A stretch of 63,395 bases of DNA, filler included, from Choristocarpus tenellus KU-1152 (taxonomy: Eukaryota; Protista; Phaeophyceae): assembly GCA_964200185.2 (NCBI GenBank). It is 12 parts of 12 records of this genome, joined end to end, with 100 filler letters (N's around TTAATTAATTAA, not from the genome) between each part and the next. Parts side by side here need not be neighbours in the genome. Positions count along the whole stretch, not along the records: positions 8,108 to 13,742 come from CAXNAD020010178.1; positions 13,843 to 16,408 come from CAXNAD020026717.1; positions 16,509 to 20,897 come from CAXNAD020014784.1; positions 20,998 to 28,431 come from CAXNAD020006168.1; 8 more parts are not named here. One strand, 5' to 3'. The notes under the pieces are model-generated. The model ran no database searches. It worked only from the letters and a program-made list of their open reading frames with translations, and was not told where the DNA came from. The number at the start of each line of letters is the position of its first letter. Position 1 is the stretch's first letter. The position numbers were made by a program, and so were the translations under genes. This document shows, in pieces, positions 12,810 through 25,102 of this stretch.

Positions 12810-13640
12810 GAGTCAAAGTATCTTAGAGGGTAGAGCCGCGTCCTTTTGGGAGACCAAATCCATTGTTGTGATTTCGATGTAATTTGGGGTATCGTGTTTG
12901 ATAGGAAGTATCAATATCCTTGTTCCCGACACACCTATTCATAACGTACACATTTTACGTACTCCGAAACATTTCGGAAAAGGTAAAATGTCATGAAAAA
13001 AAAACAAGGGAAGCCAAGCCCCAAACAGACAAACAGGGCAAAACTCTTATGTTACAGGCGCCCCTCAGAACTCACCTCCACAGGATACAACTCAAATCCA
13101 ACGACCTTAAAACGACGCTACGAGGGGGGTCCACAGATGATAACCACGTACGGTGTCAGCTTGATGCTTAGCTCAGTCAATGTCTCGCTTTTCGCTTTAT
13201 CAAAGAGGTAACATCAAAAAGGAACTGAGGGCGAGGTGATCCGCATCAGCCTTCTGTTAACATCATTCACCATTTTTCTGCAGCCAAAGAGTTAAATGAA
13301 GTCTGCAAACTGCCAAGTAGATACGTCAATCATAAATCTTTTTTCTGAAACTTCCAGGAATTGACATCTATTCTGTAAGATTATGTTTGAATTTCAAATC
13401 TTACTCTGCATCTCCTATCAAATCACGATTTATTCTGTAAGGCTACCTATCTATGTGTTACTAATATCGTATATTGTTCGCACTTGTTAGAACGCGAGAA
13501 ACAATCCTCACACTTTACGTCTGTCACAAATGTTCGTGTTTGCTAAAACATGGGAAGAAATGCTCGCATTTCATTGGAAAACAAGAAGAAATTCTCGCGC
13601 TATTCACCTGTTACGCTTACCCTCTAAGATACATTCGCTC
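12810..13640 (+). mobile_element. MITE family A, split by a nested solo LTR
   Basis: GAGTCAAAGTATCTTAGAGGGTA ... TACCCTCTAAGATACATTCGCTC; TGA TSD. Confidence 0.88.
13050..13615 (+). mobile_element. Solo LTR-like insertion inside MITE A
   Basis: Starts TGTTACAGGCG, ends CCTGTTACG, flanked by CTTA 4-bp TSD; removing it restores the MITE end. Confidence 0.8.
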
Positions 13641-13842
13641 TGAGATTTAGTTGGCTGTATGGGACAAGGTGTGCAAAATAGGACAATAGTGAGGTGTACC
13701 TTATTTTGTGTGTATGAGGTTATTGTGTTGAATTGAGCCCATNNNNNNNNNNNNNNNNNNNNNNNNNNNNNNNNNNNNNNNNNNNNTTAATTAATTAANN
13801 NNNNNNNNNNNNNNNNNNNNNNNNNNNNNNNNNNNNNNNNNN

Positions 13843-16408
13843 CCTAGCATTCAACCAATCAGTCAAACTTGGATTCTCCTCACACGAAGCCAACTCTCTA
13901 ACTGCAAATGATACATCAGGTCTAGTCATAATAGCAGCCCATTGTATACCACCAATCATGGATCAGTAGTCATCTGGAACAAGTCCCTCCTGCTCCACTC
14001 GCTTTGTGATGGATGGTAGCTCGTAAGTCGTGCCAATACCATGCCTTTCTACCAGCTCTCCGATGTACAAGCTCTCGTCCACCACAAGTGCCCCAGTTTT
14101 CCTGTTCCTCTTGATCCTGCATCCCATAAATTTGGTTACCTCACTCAAATTCACCACTGGGAACTTCTCATTAAGTCCCTCAATGATACGCACAGCATAA
14201 GCAGCCCCTGATTTCTCAGCCATCAGCATGTCATCCACATGGACAATCATGATCATCACAGTCTCACCATCCACAATCATTCTGAACAGACATGGATCTG
14301 CCTCAGATTGTTCCAAGTCCAGCTCCAGCAAAACTTCCACTGACAGAAAATTCCAGTTTCGAGAAGCCTGGACTATCCCATACAGGGTCTTTTTCAGTAA
14401 TTTCACTGCTCCATCAAACTTTGCCTTTCCTTCAGGAAGTTCCACATATATGGTTTCCTCCAAGTCAGCCTGAGTGAAAGCCTTCTTCCCATCACTATGA
14501 ATCAACACAAAATTCATTTCGCAGTCTAAGCTAGTAACATGCCAAGAGAAGTATGTGTGGTGTTGGTGAAAATGACTCGAAGTAGTCCTCCCCCTTCCTT
14601 TGCCTGAATCCCTGGACAACCAACCTGGCCTTGTACCTTTCCACTTCTCCATTAGCATCCACCTTCCTGGTAAAAACCATCTTTGTCCCGAGTATCTTTT
14701 GACCATCAGTGGGGCGAGGAACTTGAATCCACACTCCCCTGCTGTCCAGATCATCAACTTCATCATCAATGGCCCCTTTCCATAAAGGCCACTCCTCAGA
14801 CTCCATTGCTGCTCGTATGGTAATTGGTTCAGGTCGAAGTTGCTCTCCCCCTTCCTTTGCCTGAATCCCTGGACAACCAACCTGGCCTTGTACCTTTCCA
14901 CTTCTCCATTGGCATCCACCTTCCTGGTAAACACCATCTTTGTCCCGAGTACCTTTTGACCATCATTGGGGCAAGGAACTTGAATCCACACTCCCCTGCT
15001 GTCCAGATCATTAACTTCATCATCAATGACCCCTTTCCATAAAGGCCACTCCTCAGGCTCCATTGCTGCTCGTATGGTAATTGGTTCAGGTGGGAGGAGC
15101 CTATCTTTCCCACCAACAAGCAAGCCAACCAGTCTCCTCTCATACCGAAGAGCATGCTCCGATGGTTCACTAGGTTCACATGGGGGATCACGATTTAGAT
15201 CCGCTAGTCTCAGCATCAACCTTCTCCCACCCCCCTGCTGTGATGTAGACGGATCCATATCCCCCATACCCGGATCCAAGACCCCATCAGATCTCAATAT
15301 CTCAGGTCTGGAGATATATTGCACAGTATTCTCACCCCCAGTACCCTCAAAACCCTCAGTACTGATCGTTTCCCCCTCCTCTTCAAACAAAAAACTTCCA
15401 CCCAAGTCCAAATCAGGAGGTCCCTTGTTGGTGGCCACCCCATCATCAGTCAATGAGACCCCTAGAGCAGAGTAAGGTTCCCACACGTAGTCCCTCCAGT
15501 GAACTATTTCCCCTGAATTAGCGAGCAAACCCGCAAGGTATCAGAAGGGTGGTTTGAGGAAAGTCCCATCATCAAGCATGGTTCAGCTCGAGGAGGCAAT
15601 TTATGTATGCGGTTGTCCACTCTAGTATAACCCTTTGAACCCCAAAGTGGTAAGAGATGAGGATGCGCAGGAACACCATAAAGCATTTCAAACGGGGACT
15701 TTCAGTGTGGATTAGCAGATGTAGGGGAGAAGTTCGTAAGTGTGTTAGCCATATTGTGCGCCTCAGCCCACAATCCCAGTCGATCCCCCAGACCAGCTGC
15801 ATGCATCATGACCAAACCCTTTCCGCAATCAGGGCAAGAGCCCTTTCCACCTTCCCATTGAGTTCAGGAGTTCCAGGCACAGTATACTCATGCCGGATCT
15901 TACGTTCATCGAGTACATCCTCAAAGTCAACATTCTTGAACTCCGTCCCTTCGTCAGTTCTCACACACTCAATGCTTAAATTTTCCACTTCAGCCACATC
16001 CCTGACCAAAGTCCGAAAGACCTTAGCAGTCTCATCCTTCGATTTCAAAAATCATAACCATCCCATCCCTGTCTTATCGCAGACCATAAGCATCTCATTT
16101 AAAAATCCGCCCGGGCTGCTCACCCTAGGCTTAGGTCCACTGAGATCTATGAACACCCTCCCCAAGCGCTTCCCCGATCTGCCAGACGTCACCTTTGGTA
16201 CTGGTTTGCGGTGAGCCTTGCCAATAGCGCACCCTTTGCAATATTGTTGCCACTCCCCAGTGAGATTGATTCTACGTTCCTTAGCGTACCTGCGTATCAT
16301 CGCCTCATGGCAATGATCCAGCTGATGATGCATTTGATGAATGTCCATACTCCTAGTGGGTCTCATTCCCCCACTCAGCCCCCATGGGGCAGTGACAAAT
16401 GCTCCAGC
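13843..16408 (-). mobile_element. Ty1/Copia pol (GAG-pre-integrase, integrase, RT), disrupted
   Basis: HHQLDH...CKGCAIGKAHR; VFIDLSGP...VRTDEGTEF...PELNGKVERA; YKARLVVQGFRQ, LKKTLYGIVQASRNW, VHVDDML. Integrase precedes RT (Copia order). Stops and frameshifts present. Confidence 0.97.
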
Positions 16409-16508
16409 NNNNNNNNNNNNNNNNNNNNNNNNNNNNNNNNNNNNNNNNNNNNTTAATTAATTAANNNNNNNNNNNNNNNNNNNNNNNNNNNNNNNNNNNN
16501 NNNNNNNN

Positions 16509-16679
16509 CTTCTTCTGGACACACCTTCTCATAACGTATACATTTTACCTACTCCGAAACATTTTGGAATAGGAAAATGTAATAAAAAACTCATGAGAAT
16601 CCAAGCCTCAAATGGACAAACAGGGAAAACTTCATACCCTTTAAGATACTTTCACTCACCCTCTAAGATACATTCACTC
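16509..16679 (+). mobile_element. MITE family A (truncated by contig start) with a second TIR in tandem
   Basis: Ends TACCCTTTAAGATACTTTCACTC at 16657, followed directly by ACCCTCTAAGATACATTCACTC to 16679. Confidence 0.85.
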
Positions 16680-18505
16680 GAAACCCGGAGGGCAGTCACA
16701 CCCTCCTGTAGCCCAAGCTTCAGGAGTTCAACTGGAAGATTGTTGAGACTCATACTCTTCCCATTTCCCTTTATCCGGAGTGCTTCAGCCTCTTCCATCA
16801 TTTTTATTGCCCAGGCCTTCATGGCACCCAGGTCGGTTTCCCAGAATTGAGTGACAAACAGGGGTTGACTTAGCCGGACCCATGAGGATTCTCGTTCTAT
16901 TTTTTCTAGCTCAACTGGAAGATTATTGGGACCCATGCTCTTCCCATTCCCCAATATCCGGAGCGCTTCAGCCTCTTCCATCATCGTCGGAGGAGGAGCA
17001 AGGACCATGGATGTGGGTTGTTGATCGAGGCCTTCATCACTTTGAGGATTGAGGTCAACCAACTTGGTAATGAGAAGCACTACAAAATTTCTCCTGCACC
17101 CTTCCATGATGATGCTTCCCCCAGGAGTAGCCATCCAGACTCGTCACGGATGCACTGAGAGACACTTGACACTTCCTCTCTCTCTCTCTCTCTCTCTCTG
17201 GTTCTCTCGACATTGGAGGCTTTCAGGTGTTGGTAGAAATCACCATGGTCCCCATGGTGAATATGGTCACCCCTCATCCTGGTGTAAATTCCTACAAGGC
17301 AGACACCCTCAACGGTTTGAGCTGTTTGCCAGCCTTCTTCAACACCTTCTTGACAGTGGCATTTTGGGGGTCTGTGAGCAGTTGCTTCCATCCCCTCTCC
17401 CGTTCCTCCCAGGCTTCCAGGAAATTTGCTTGAGGTTGGTTACTTGCAAACCGCCTTTTGGTCAGCACCCTCTGCAGAGGTGGAAGTCGTCTTCTCAACC
17501 AAGCAGCATCGAAAAAATGGGCTACGTATGAAGGTGCCCACTGTTAATATTGACAAGTACATCAACTTTATCTTCGAGTGGGACTGGCTCTGCTTCTGTG
17601 AGGAATTTTCAGCGATCATGGTAGTCAGTTTAGACCTCAAGGGTGGTGTAGACATCAGGGCTCGTCGGTTAGAGTGTAAGTCCATTGACACCTGGTCCCA
17701 TCTTTTGGCCGGGAGCAAACCCATCAAGGAGACGGACTGATACCCACAACATACCGTGATCCGATTCCGTTGTCAGGACCGAGTGCATCCTCATGCTCCG
17801 AACGAGGAGGCGGTCAGCCTGACGTGTACAAACATCATCAAAACGAATATATCCTATTTTCCCTCGATGATCCAAGTACGTACGGGAACACTCCTTGGGT
17901 ACAGTGAAAAATGTGTAGACAAGTGTAAGCCTGTTCATCGCTGCAAACCTCAACAGACGCTCACCATTATCGCGCAACACATCTCATCTATACTCCCCAA
18001 GAATCCGAATATTGTAATGATCCCCCCCTCCCTTACCTCTATTACCAGTGCGACCATTCGCGGTCGTCAGAACAAAGAGCATACCCTCGGGAGGAGTCCG
18101 CAGCATCACAATGTGGAACTTCTCTCATATATCATCCTTGGCTGGCTTTAAGGTCACTTCTGTTGGGAAATATCCCACGACAAAGGTAGTGCCTGTGGAA
18201 CTGCCTGTCATCAGCACCAGGACCTTCATCATCCGTTCATTACGGTACTCTACTTCGTGGGGGCCTGTTGTAGGATGGATTACCTCACTGCCAAACCCAC
18301 CCTGTGTTTACCCTTTGATCTTCTCTACCGCTAAGGAAAACCTTATGCTTGGGCTCAGACAGTCAAGGGAGGAAATCCCATCTCTCCTTGTCTCTCGAAG
18401 TCCCAATCACATCGCGTCCACAAGTCCAAGACCGTCGCTTCAAGACCTTCGCATGACCCACTCCGTTCTAGCCTTTCACGATCACGGTTCGAACATTCCA
18501 CATAT
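16680..18505 (-). mobile_element. RTE-like LINE: APE endonuclease and pre-RT region, decayed
   Basis: WNVRT, VGLAV, ANGRTG, NGERLLRFAAMNRLTLVYTFF, TRQADR, ESDH (APE motifs), then GKSMGPNNLPVELLKLGL. Confidence 0.88.
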
Positions 18506-18894
18506 CCACAGTCTGCTCTCTGCTCCGGGATCATTGACACCTCATCTCCATCATTTAGGACCAATATTAGTGTCAGGGGGAGCGTATGTCATATATCCAG
18601 ATACAGTTACATGTTGGATCGGTATGATTGGTTTTCATGAAGTTTTGCTGAACCGAAAATCGATTGGCAATTTTCGATTGGGTATTTTGTCGCTTTTATG
18701 CAGACTGCGCGTACTGCTAGTTGACTTCATTTATCGGGTACCTTTTGTACAGTACCCTTTGCACTTGGCAATGATATGTAGTCGTAGCTATTGCTGCAAG
18801 CGAAGCAGTGGATATTATTTGAATCTACTACTCTAAATGGATTGGTAACTACCGTCAGATACCCCCTCCTTCCATAATGTGAGTCAAACCATTT

Positions 18895-19071
18895 GACCCA
18901 AATACCTGGAGGGAGGGAGGGGGTCTACACCAGGGTGTCCATTTGAACCAAATCAGGAAAAGTGCATTTGCATTATCCATCCGATGTATCCAGCCAAATC
19001 ATCCAAAGTTCGCGACATGAAAAAATTGACCCCAAATGGACAGCCACCACCCCCCCGAGATACTTTGAGCC
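18895..19071 (+). mobile_element. MITE family B
   Basis: GACCCAAATACCTGG...CCCGAGATACTTTGAGCC; internal sequence matches other B copies. Confidence 0.9.
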
Positions 19072-19173
19072 CTTGGTGAACATTGCTGAGAGGATGGTTG
19101 GCCCAAAAGGTGTCTATTTGATTTTTTTGTTGTGTGGCAGGACCCTGGTGTGTGATGCTTTCATTAGTTTTCA

Positions 19174-19431
19174 GAGTGAAAGTATCTTAGAGGGTACGAG
19201 TTTTGCCCTGTTGGTCCTTTTGGGGCTTGGCTTCCCATGGGTTTTTGTATAACGTTTTCCTACTCCAAAACGTTTTGGATTAGGTAAAATGTACACGTTA
19301 TGGCAAGGTGTGTCCAGAACATGGATATTGACACTTTCTAACAAACACGATAGTCAAAATTACATCAAAATCGCAACATTGGATTTGGCTCCCAAATGGA
19401 CGCGGCTCTACCCCCTAAGATACCTTGGCTC
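19174..19431 (-). mobile_element. MITE family A (258 bp)
   Basis: GAGTGAAAGTATCTTAGAGGGTA...TACCCCCTAAGATACCTTGGCTC; TTCA TSD. Confidence 0.92.
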
Positions 19432-19469
19432 TTCATTCCCTGTCAGTCACTTTGAAGATCAAAGTTAGG

Positions 19470-19549
19470 TATTGAAACATTAGTAAACCCCTGAGCTACC
19501 GAGCAGATAGTCAGCTCTCAGGGCTCAGGGGTTTACTAATGTTTCAACA
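19470..19549. mobile_element. 80-bp hairpin micro-element
   Basis: Perfect 25-bp inverted repeat TTGAAACATTAGTAAACCCCTGAGC (19472-19496 / 19523-19547); TATTG...CAACA ends; TTAGG direct repeats on both flanks. Confidence 0.8.
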
Positions 19550-20997
19550 TTAGGTGCAGACATCAAGATAGGGTTAGGGAATTTCATTGATGACAAGATC
19601 GTACACTTCGAACTACATAATAAAGAGGCGTCAAGAACGTTATCCAAAACAGCTTGATACATGCATGCACCCAATTCTTATATACCCCTTTCAAGTCCAA
19701 ATACATGGTAATATTCCTACCCCCTTTCGACCCTCGAGCACTGTTCCTTCATCAAGAAGGATTTTTCCTTCTCATCTTGTTGTTCGCAGACCACTTGGAT
19801 CACATCTAGACCTGACACAAATCGCTACAGGAGGTGGGCTAAGTGCTTGAGACACAGGCGAGTACCATGTGAAGTGCCCCATCATTCCACTCTGCTAGTG
19901 GCCCTTGATTATCTCAGTCAGTGAGCATATATCAATACAAAAAATGGAAAATGTCAAATATTCGGAGCCAAAGGGATGCACTTGCACTGCGACACCCCTT
20001 CATATTCCAATCATACTGAGTCTTAAGGAAGAGGCCAAGATGGGGGTATTATTACCACTGATTTTTAAGGGCCGCTCTGCAATTGTCGTGGTACATGTTT
20101 TTGGAGCATGCATTGTGCAGGTGTGTAGTGTAGCTTATCTACTTTTGAGAGGTGCATTTAGTTTGCAAACAAATCATGGATATTGATGGCCCTTGTATGT
20201 CTTTATCTTTTCTTCTTCTTCTCCTTCTCCTTCTCCTCCTCCTCCTCCTCCCCAATCTTCTTGAAGATATGCTTCCTAAACAACTCACAAAAGTCAAAAC
20301 TCCCTTCCCTCTTGGTTAGGATACTTTTACTCAGTATTGCTATGCATGTTACTATTGTTTTCGCTCACACCGTGCCATTCTTCATCACAATGCCGAAGGT
20401 TTGGGAGGCATTGGGTGATATATTTGTCTCAACCCTAACCCTCACCTGACGTCAAACCCCTTTACAATTGTAACAGTCGCAAGGAAACACTAATAGAAAG
20501 CAGTATTGCCCATTCTGTATGCACTATCAAGTACTGCATATTTGTTTACCAAAACAAACCTCTTGTAGGAACGCCTAGAGTTGTGGATAGGCACCTAGCG
20601 AATATATACTGCATCACCCAATCAATAATATTTTACGCAATTCGACAAAAAATGAAACGAACACCATGCAGTACAAAATTAGGGTTAAGAAGGGATGTAT
20701 CTGGTAATATCTTATCCGTTACCTCTTGGATGACTGGGGGTGCGTCCTTTTTTAAACTAACAACGAAAAGATGAAAGCACAATGGCACTTTGCAGGAAAC
20801 ACAGTGAAGTGGGACTTGAGCTCAACATACCACTTCTATGAAGGAATATGGACCAGAACGAGATGTAACACTCCTAAAAAATTCAAAGGGGGGTGGGNNN
20901 NNNNNNNNNNNNNNNNNNNNNNNNNNNNNNNNNNNNNNNNNTTAATTAATTAANNNNNNNNNNNNNNNNNNNNNNNNNNNNNNNNNNNNNNNNNNNN

Positions 20998-21163
20998 AAA
21001 ATAAATAGGAGTACGTAAAATGTGTATGTTACGAAAAGGTGTATCCGGAACAAGGATATTGACACTTCCTAACAAAGACAATAGCCAATATTACATCCAA
21101 ATCGCAACATTGGATTTTGGCCCCTAAATGGACACGGCTCTACCTTGTAAGATAATTTGGCTC
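20998..21163 (-). mobile_element. MITE family A (truncated by contig start)
   Basis: Family A body ending GATAATTTGGCTC. Confidence 0.85.
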
Positions 21164-24100
21164 ACATACTAATACATGCTACGTTGACGAACGATACCCG
21201 CAACACCCGTGAAAGGCGCTAAATCATGATGGTGTGTTTGCGATATTGGTCATCCAGAGACGCTCCTGTGTAGGCTGCACGAAGGGCGAACGTTTCTTGT
21301 ATGGGAACTCACCCTCCGGTGGTTCCCTTTGGAGGCATTGCGGCGTTAGGTGGTTTTACGAGGTCTCTCAGTTGATCGCGGGATTTCTGCATCGGGTGGG
21401 CACGTTGGAAACGGGACACGAGAAACAAACAGAAAGAGAGAGAGAGAAATATTTTGCGTATCGAGTCAGGCTCAGAGAGGATGGCATGTCGCTGTCGGTT
21501 CACATCATCCACCATCCGTACGCTCCTGATCACCTTGCATGAGGTGGAAGTCGTGTTGTCTTCTTATCTTCCGACACACCCAGTATTCAGCGTAACGTAC
21601 GGCGCACAGGGATAGCCACACATGAGCACCATTCTCGTGGAAGAGATACACACCTATCCCCTCTTGACCAAGAGGGTCAAGAGGGTATGGTCCTTTTAAG
21701 CTATACTTTTTTCGGTTGTATAAAAATTTCACAATAATCAATAAAGGAACAACCGCCTATATGTAATGCTGTACCCCTATTACATAGTAGTATATATATT
21801 TGTGGTTATGGACAGGCTAGTTGGGGTGTTCCTTTTCCTCGGGAATAAAAAAGGATATTTAGTAAGGGGAATTTTTCTCTCTTTACATATGTTTTGATAT
21901 TTCAAAGTATGTCTACGACAGTGTTGAACTAGAACAAATACAGACACAAAAATGTATATATGTATGTGGGTGAAAGTATCTCAGAGGGTACGAGTTTTCC
22001 CATATTTGTCCATTTGCGGCTTGACTTCTTGCTGTTTTTTTATAACATTTTCCTATCCCGAAATGTTTCGGAGTAGGCAAAATGTGTATGATATTAGAAG
22101 GTGTGTCCAGAATAAGGATATCGACACTTCTTAACAAACACGATAGCCCAAATTAAATCAAAATCACAACATTGAATTTTGATCCCCGAATGGACGCAGC
22201 TCTACCCTCTCAGATACTTTGACTCTGTATGTAACTCTCCATGCGCTAGTTCTTCATAAGTGCAAGAGGGTCAAAATCTTGAGTTTGCATCTCGTTTTTC
22301 ATATATTTACAGTTTTGTAGAATTATATCATAGTGCATATCAAAAAACGTTCGCCAAACCACATAGGTGACAAACCCTACTCTCCCTCACTCTGTCGACA
22401 ACAAACCAACGGGCCCGGACAACACAGAGGAATCGTTGTCGCATTTCTTCAAGGGGACCATATCCATCGCACAGCAGATGTACGATGACGACCAGCTAGC
22501 CACTAGGGGATTTCGCTGACAATGGAAATTAACTCGTGGACTTCGGAGGGGTAGACCCCAGGACATCCCAAAGTCAAGACCAGGCCTCCGTCGTAGCGAG
22601 ACACACTCCAATGTAGCCTGTGCGTTCTGAAATTACTTGAAGGAGGGATTAGCGCTTGAAGACTAGGCATAGCGAAGCATATGGTCACCATACCCTTCCG
22701 AAATCACACACTTGCATCGAAATCCGAGCGACGTGGTATTCACTAGTTCCGCCGTAGTTCCGAGTCGGTGACGCACACGTCCTCTAATAAAGAGCAGAAC
22801 GAAACCTATCGACGAACTTCATGTTCTCCGATATCTGCGTTCCGATATGTATCGAAACCAAACGATGTTCCTTACGGTTTGTGTTTCCGATCCCAACCCG
22901 AGCACCTGCCCCAACCCTAACTCTATGCCCAAACCCTGACATCCTCTCTTCTCACCCTTACACGTTAATGAAATAATACCGAGTCATGTTTTACCCTTCC
23001 TTCATCTGCTAGCCTCATCTCATTTTTGCCGTTCTTTGCCGTTCGACAAAGTATGGCAAAAATTGCGGCAGTCCACATACCAACTTATTTCAAGCCACAC
23101 GCATCATGTCATTTTTGCCGAACGTTTCCCTACACTACAACAAAGTGTGGCGAAAGTTGCGGCGGTCCACATACCAAACTTTTTCAAGCCACACGCCTCA
23201 AGTCAATTTCAACGTACTTTGCCGTACGACAAAGTCTGGCAAAAGTTGCGGCTGTCCACATACTACTATCCTCTTTGCAGCCGCACACCTCCAAACCATC
23301 GTCCTCGACTTACCACAAAACTCAATCGTGATCTCATATCCCCCATAGAGTAAGGGGCGCATACGATGGTATGCGCATGTGGGGCTATGTGTTGACCCAC
23401 ATCACATGTAACGTTCAGTATCCTTTCCACCACAAAATCCATCGTACACATTAGTTTACCGTTCGTCAGAACACTTCAATTGTGGTACAGACATGAGCTA
23501 ATGGTGTCAGGGGCAACACCCACCATGCTTCTCTCAACCGTTTCCAAAACAAATTCAGATCAAAACACATATTCTACCGTTCGACAAGCTACACACATTC
23601 GCTTCGTCCTACATGCTTCATCATACTTTTTTGTTACCTATTGTATGTGGCTAGCGATTGACCGCATATGCAATGCACACCTTTTCAGGAGAATCTAATC
23701 GGGGTAGTTTCGGTTGTTGATATGTCAAACACACCCTTCTCCATGCTTTCAATGTGGGGTGGCGTCCACCACGGCCGTTTTCAGTGGAACATTTCGTGAC
23801 CAAACATTATGCAAGCACCTTCCCCCGAAGAAAGATGCGCAGTATTACCTATGTTCGCATCATAAGGATCGATCAGTAATGTCAAAGGGAAACAAACCCA
23901 CCCAACTTATATCGTGACCTCCTTTGGATCCCACTCAGGAAACGGGGACTAAAGAGACTGCCCATGACCAGTGCCGCCCGTTTGTGGAAGAAATCCAAAA
24001 CGGACCAGATAATTGACCTCTTCCTCTCCATTTTTGTCAACCACGATGGCTCAGAAGGGATGGAAGGAAGCGGCCGCACTTGGAACGACCTTGCCTCTTG

Positions 24101-25102
24101 GTTTTTGGTTTTTGGATGAGAAGAGCAGATTTGAGCCGTTGGCAAGCGCGCCACGAGTTGTGTCGGGTCGGGAACAACGCAAGTCAACGCCTGATCTCCA
24201 GGTTTACACATTCCTCGAAACTGTAAAGAAAGATCTTAGCACCGAGCATACCCGCCAGGTGTACAAATCCATCCTCGTCGGCATCGCTCCTGATGTCGAA
24301 ATAGGCGATGCCGGGGTGACATCCACGTTTCAACCCCTTCTGTCTGTCACACCAAAAAATACGACATCAGTATCGACACACGAAGGTCATCCGCCAAAAA
24401 ACGCACGAAATTAATGCGGGACATGCGGTGACAGACGAGCCCCTCCGCATCGGCTGCAGATGAAGCTGGGGGGTTGTCTCCCAGCTCCGCCATACACGCC
24501 GCTCACAACTTTACTCAAGGCACTGCCCACAGGTATAGAAGTTCGTTTCCCGCAACCACCAACAGTGTGACACACAAAACTTGCCCCCCGGGCGAACACA
24601 TCCACTGTATGTCGAAAACCATTTCATCACTAACAGGGATGCACGGATGATCTCACATATTCTGCTGCACAACCGACACACGCCATATATCTACCATTCT
24701 TACTCACACAAAACAGTAGTAGACCAAGGGTGTTCAACGTGAGAAGGGACAGCTCCTCGCAACAGTTCCATGTACAGCATCCTGATACACATGTGCTGGG
24801 TATCACCGTGTGGGAGAGCAACAGCACCGCCATGCCCCACGATACGGTTACATCTCATGATTCCACTCAGGGAATGCACTACTTAGACCCGCATACGAAC
24901 AAGAGAGTTTGCTGCCCGGATGCAGTGTGCCAACAGCACGCTCAGAGGTACTCTATACTACCGAGTGTCATCCTCACAAATATTGCACGTGTATCCGCCC
25001 ACAACACTTTATGGATTAATCACTGTGTAACATGTTCAAACCTTCCAACAGAACTGTGACAATTACACTATGTACACTTGGTGCAACCGACGTCACAACA
25101 GG
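21164..25102 (+). mobile_element. Copy 2 of the large dispersed repeat, continuing into the transposase
   Basis: Colinear with 4885-7966. Confidence 0.85.
21968..22225 (-). mobile_element. MITE family A (258 bp)
   Basis: GGGTGAAAGTATC...GATACTTTGACTC; TGT TSD; the empty site is visible in the homologous copy near 5660. Confidence 0.92.

Larger units (their letters stand above)
11940..13680 (+). mobile_element. RTE-like LINE fragment interrupted by two MITEs
   Basis: GNGKAMGPDNIPTEFLILGL...LAVWDK pre-RT motif; homologous to the minus-strand LINE at 16680-17500. Confidence 0.7.

Noticed and set aside
13963-15528. 521-aa ORF as an intact Copia RT
   Set aside because: It passes through the 257-bp duplication out of frame (NQLPYEQQWSLR...) and regains frame only via a deletion.
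18048-18836. 262-aa plus-strand ORF
   Set aside because: Antisense shadow of the LINE endonuclease.
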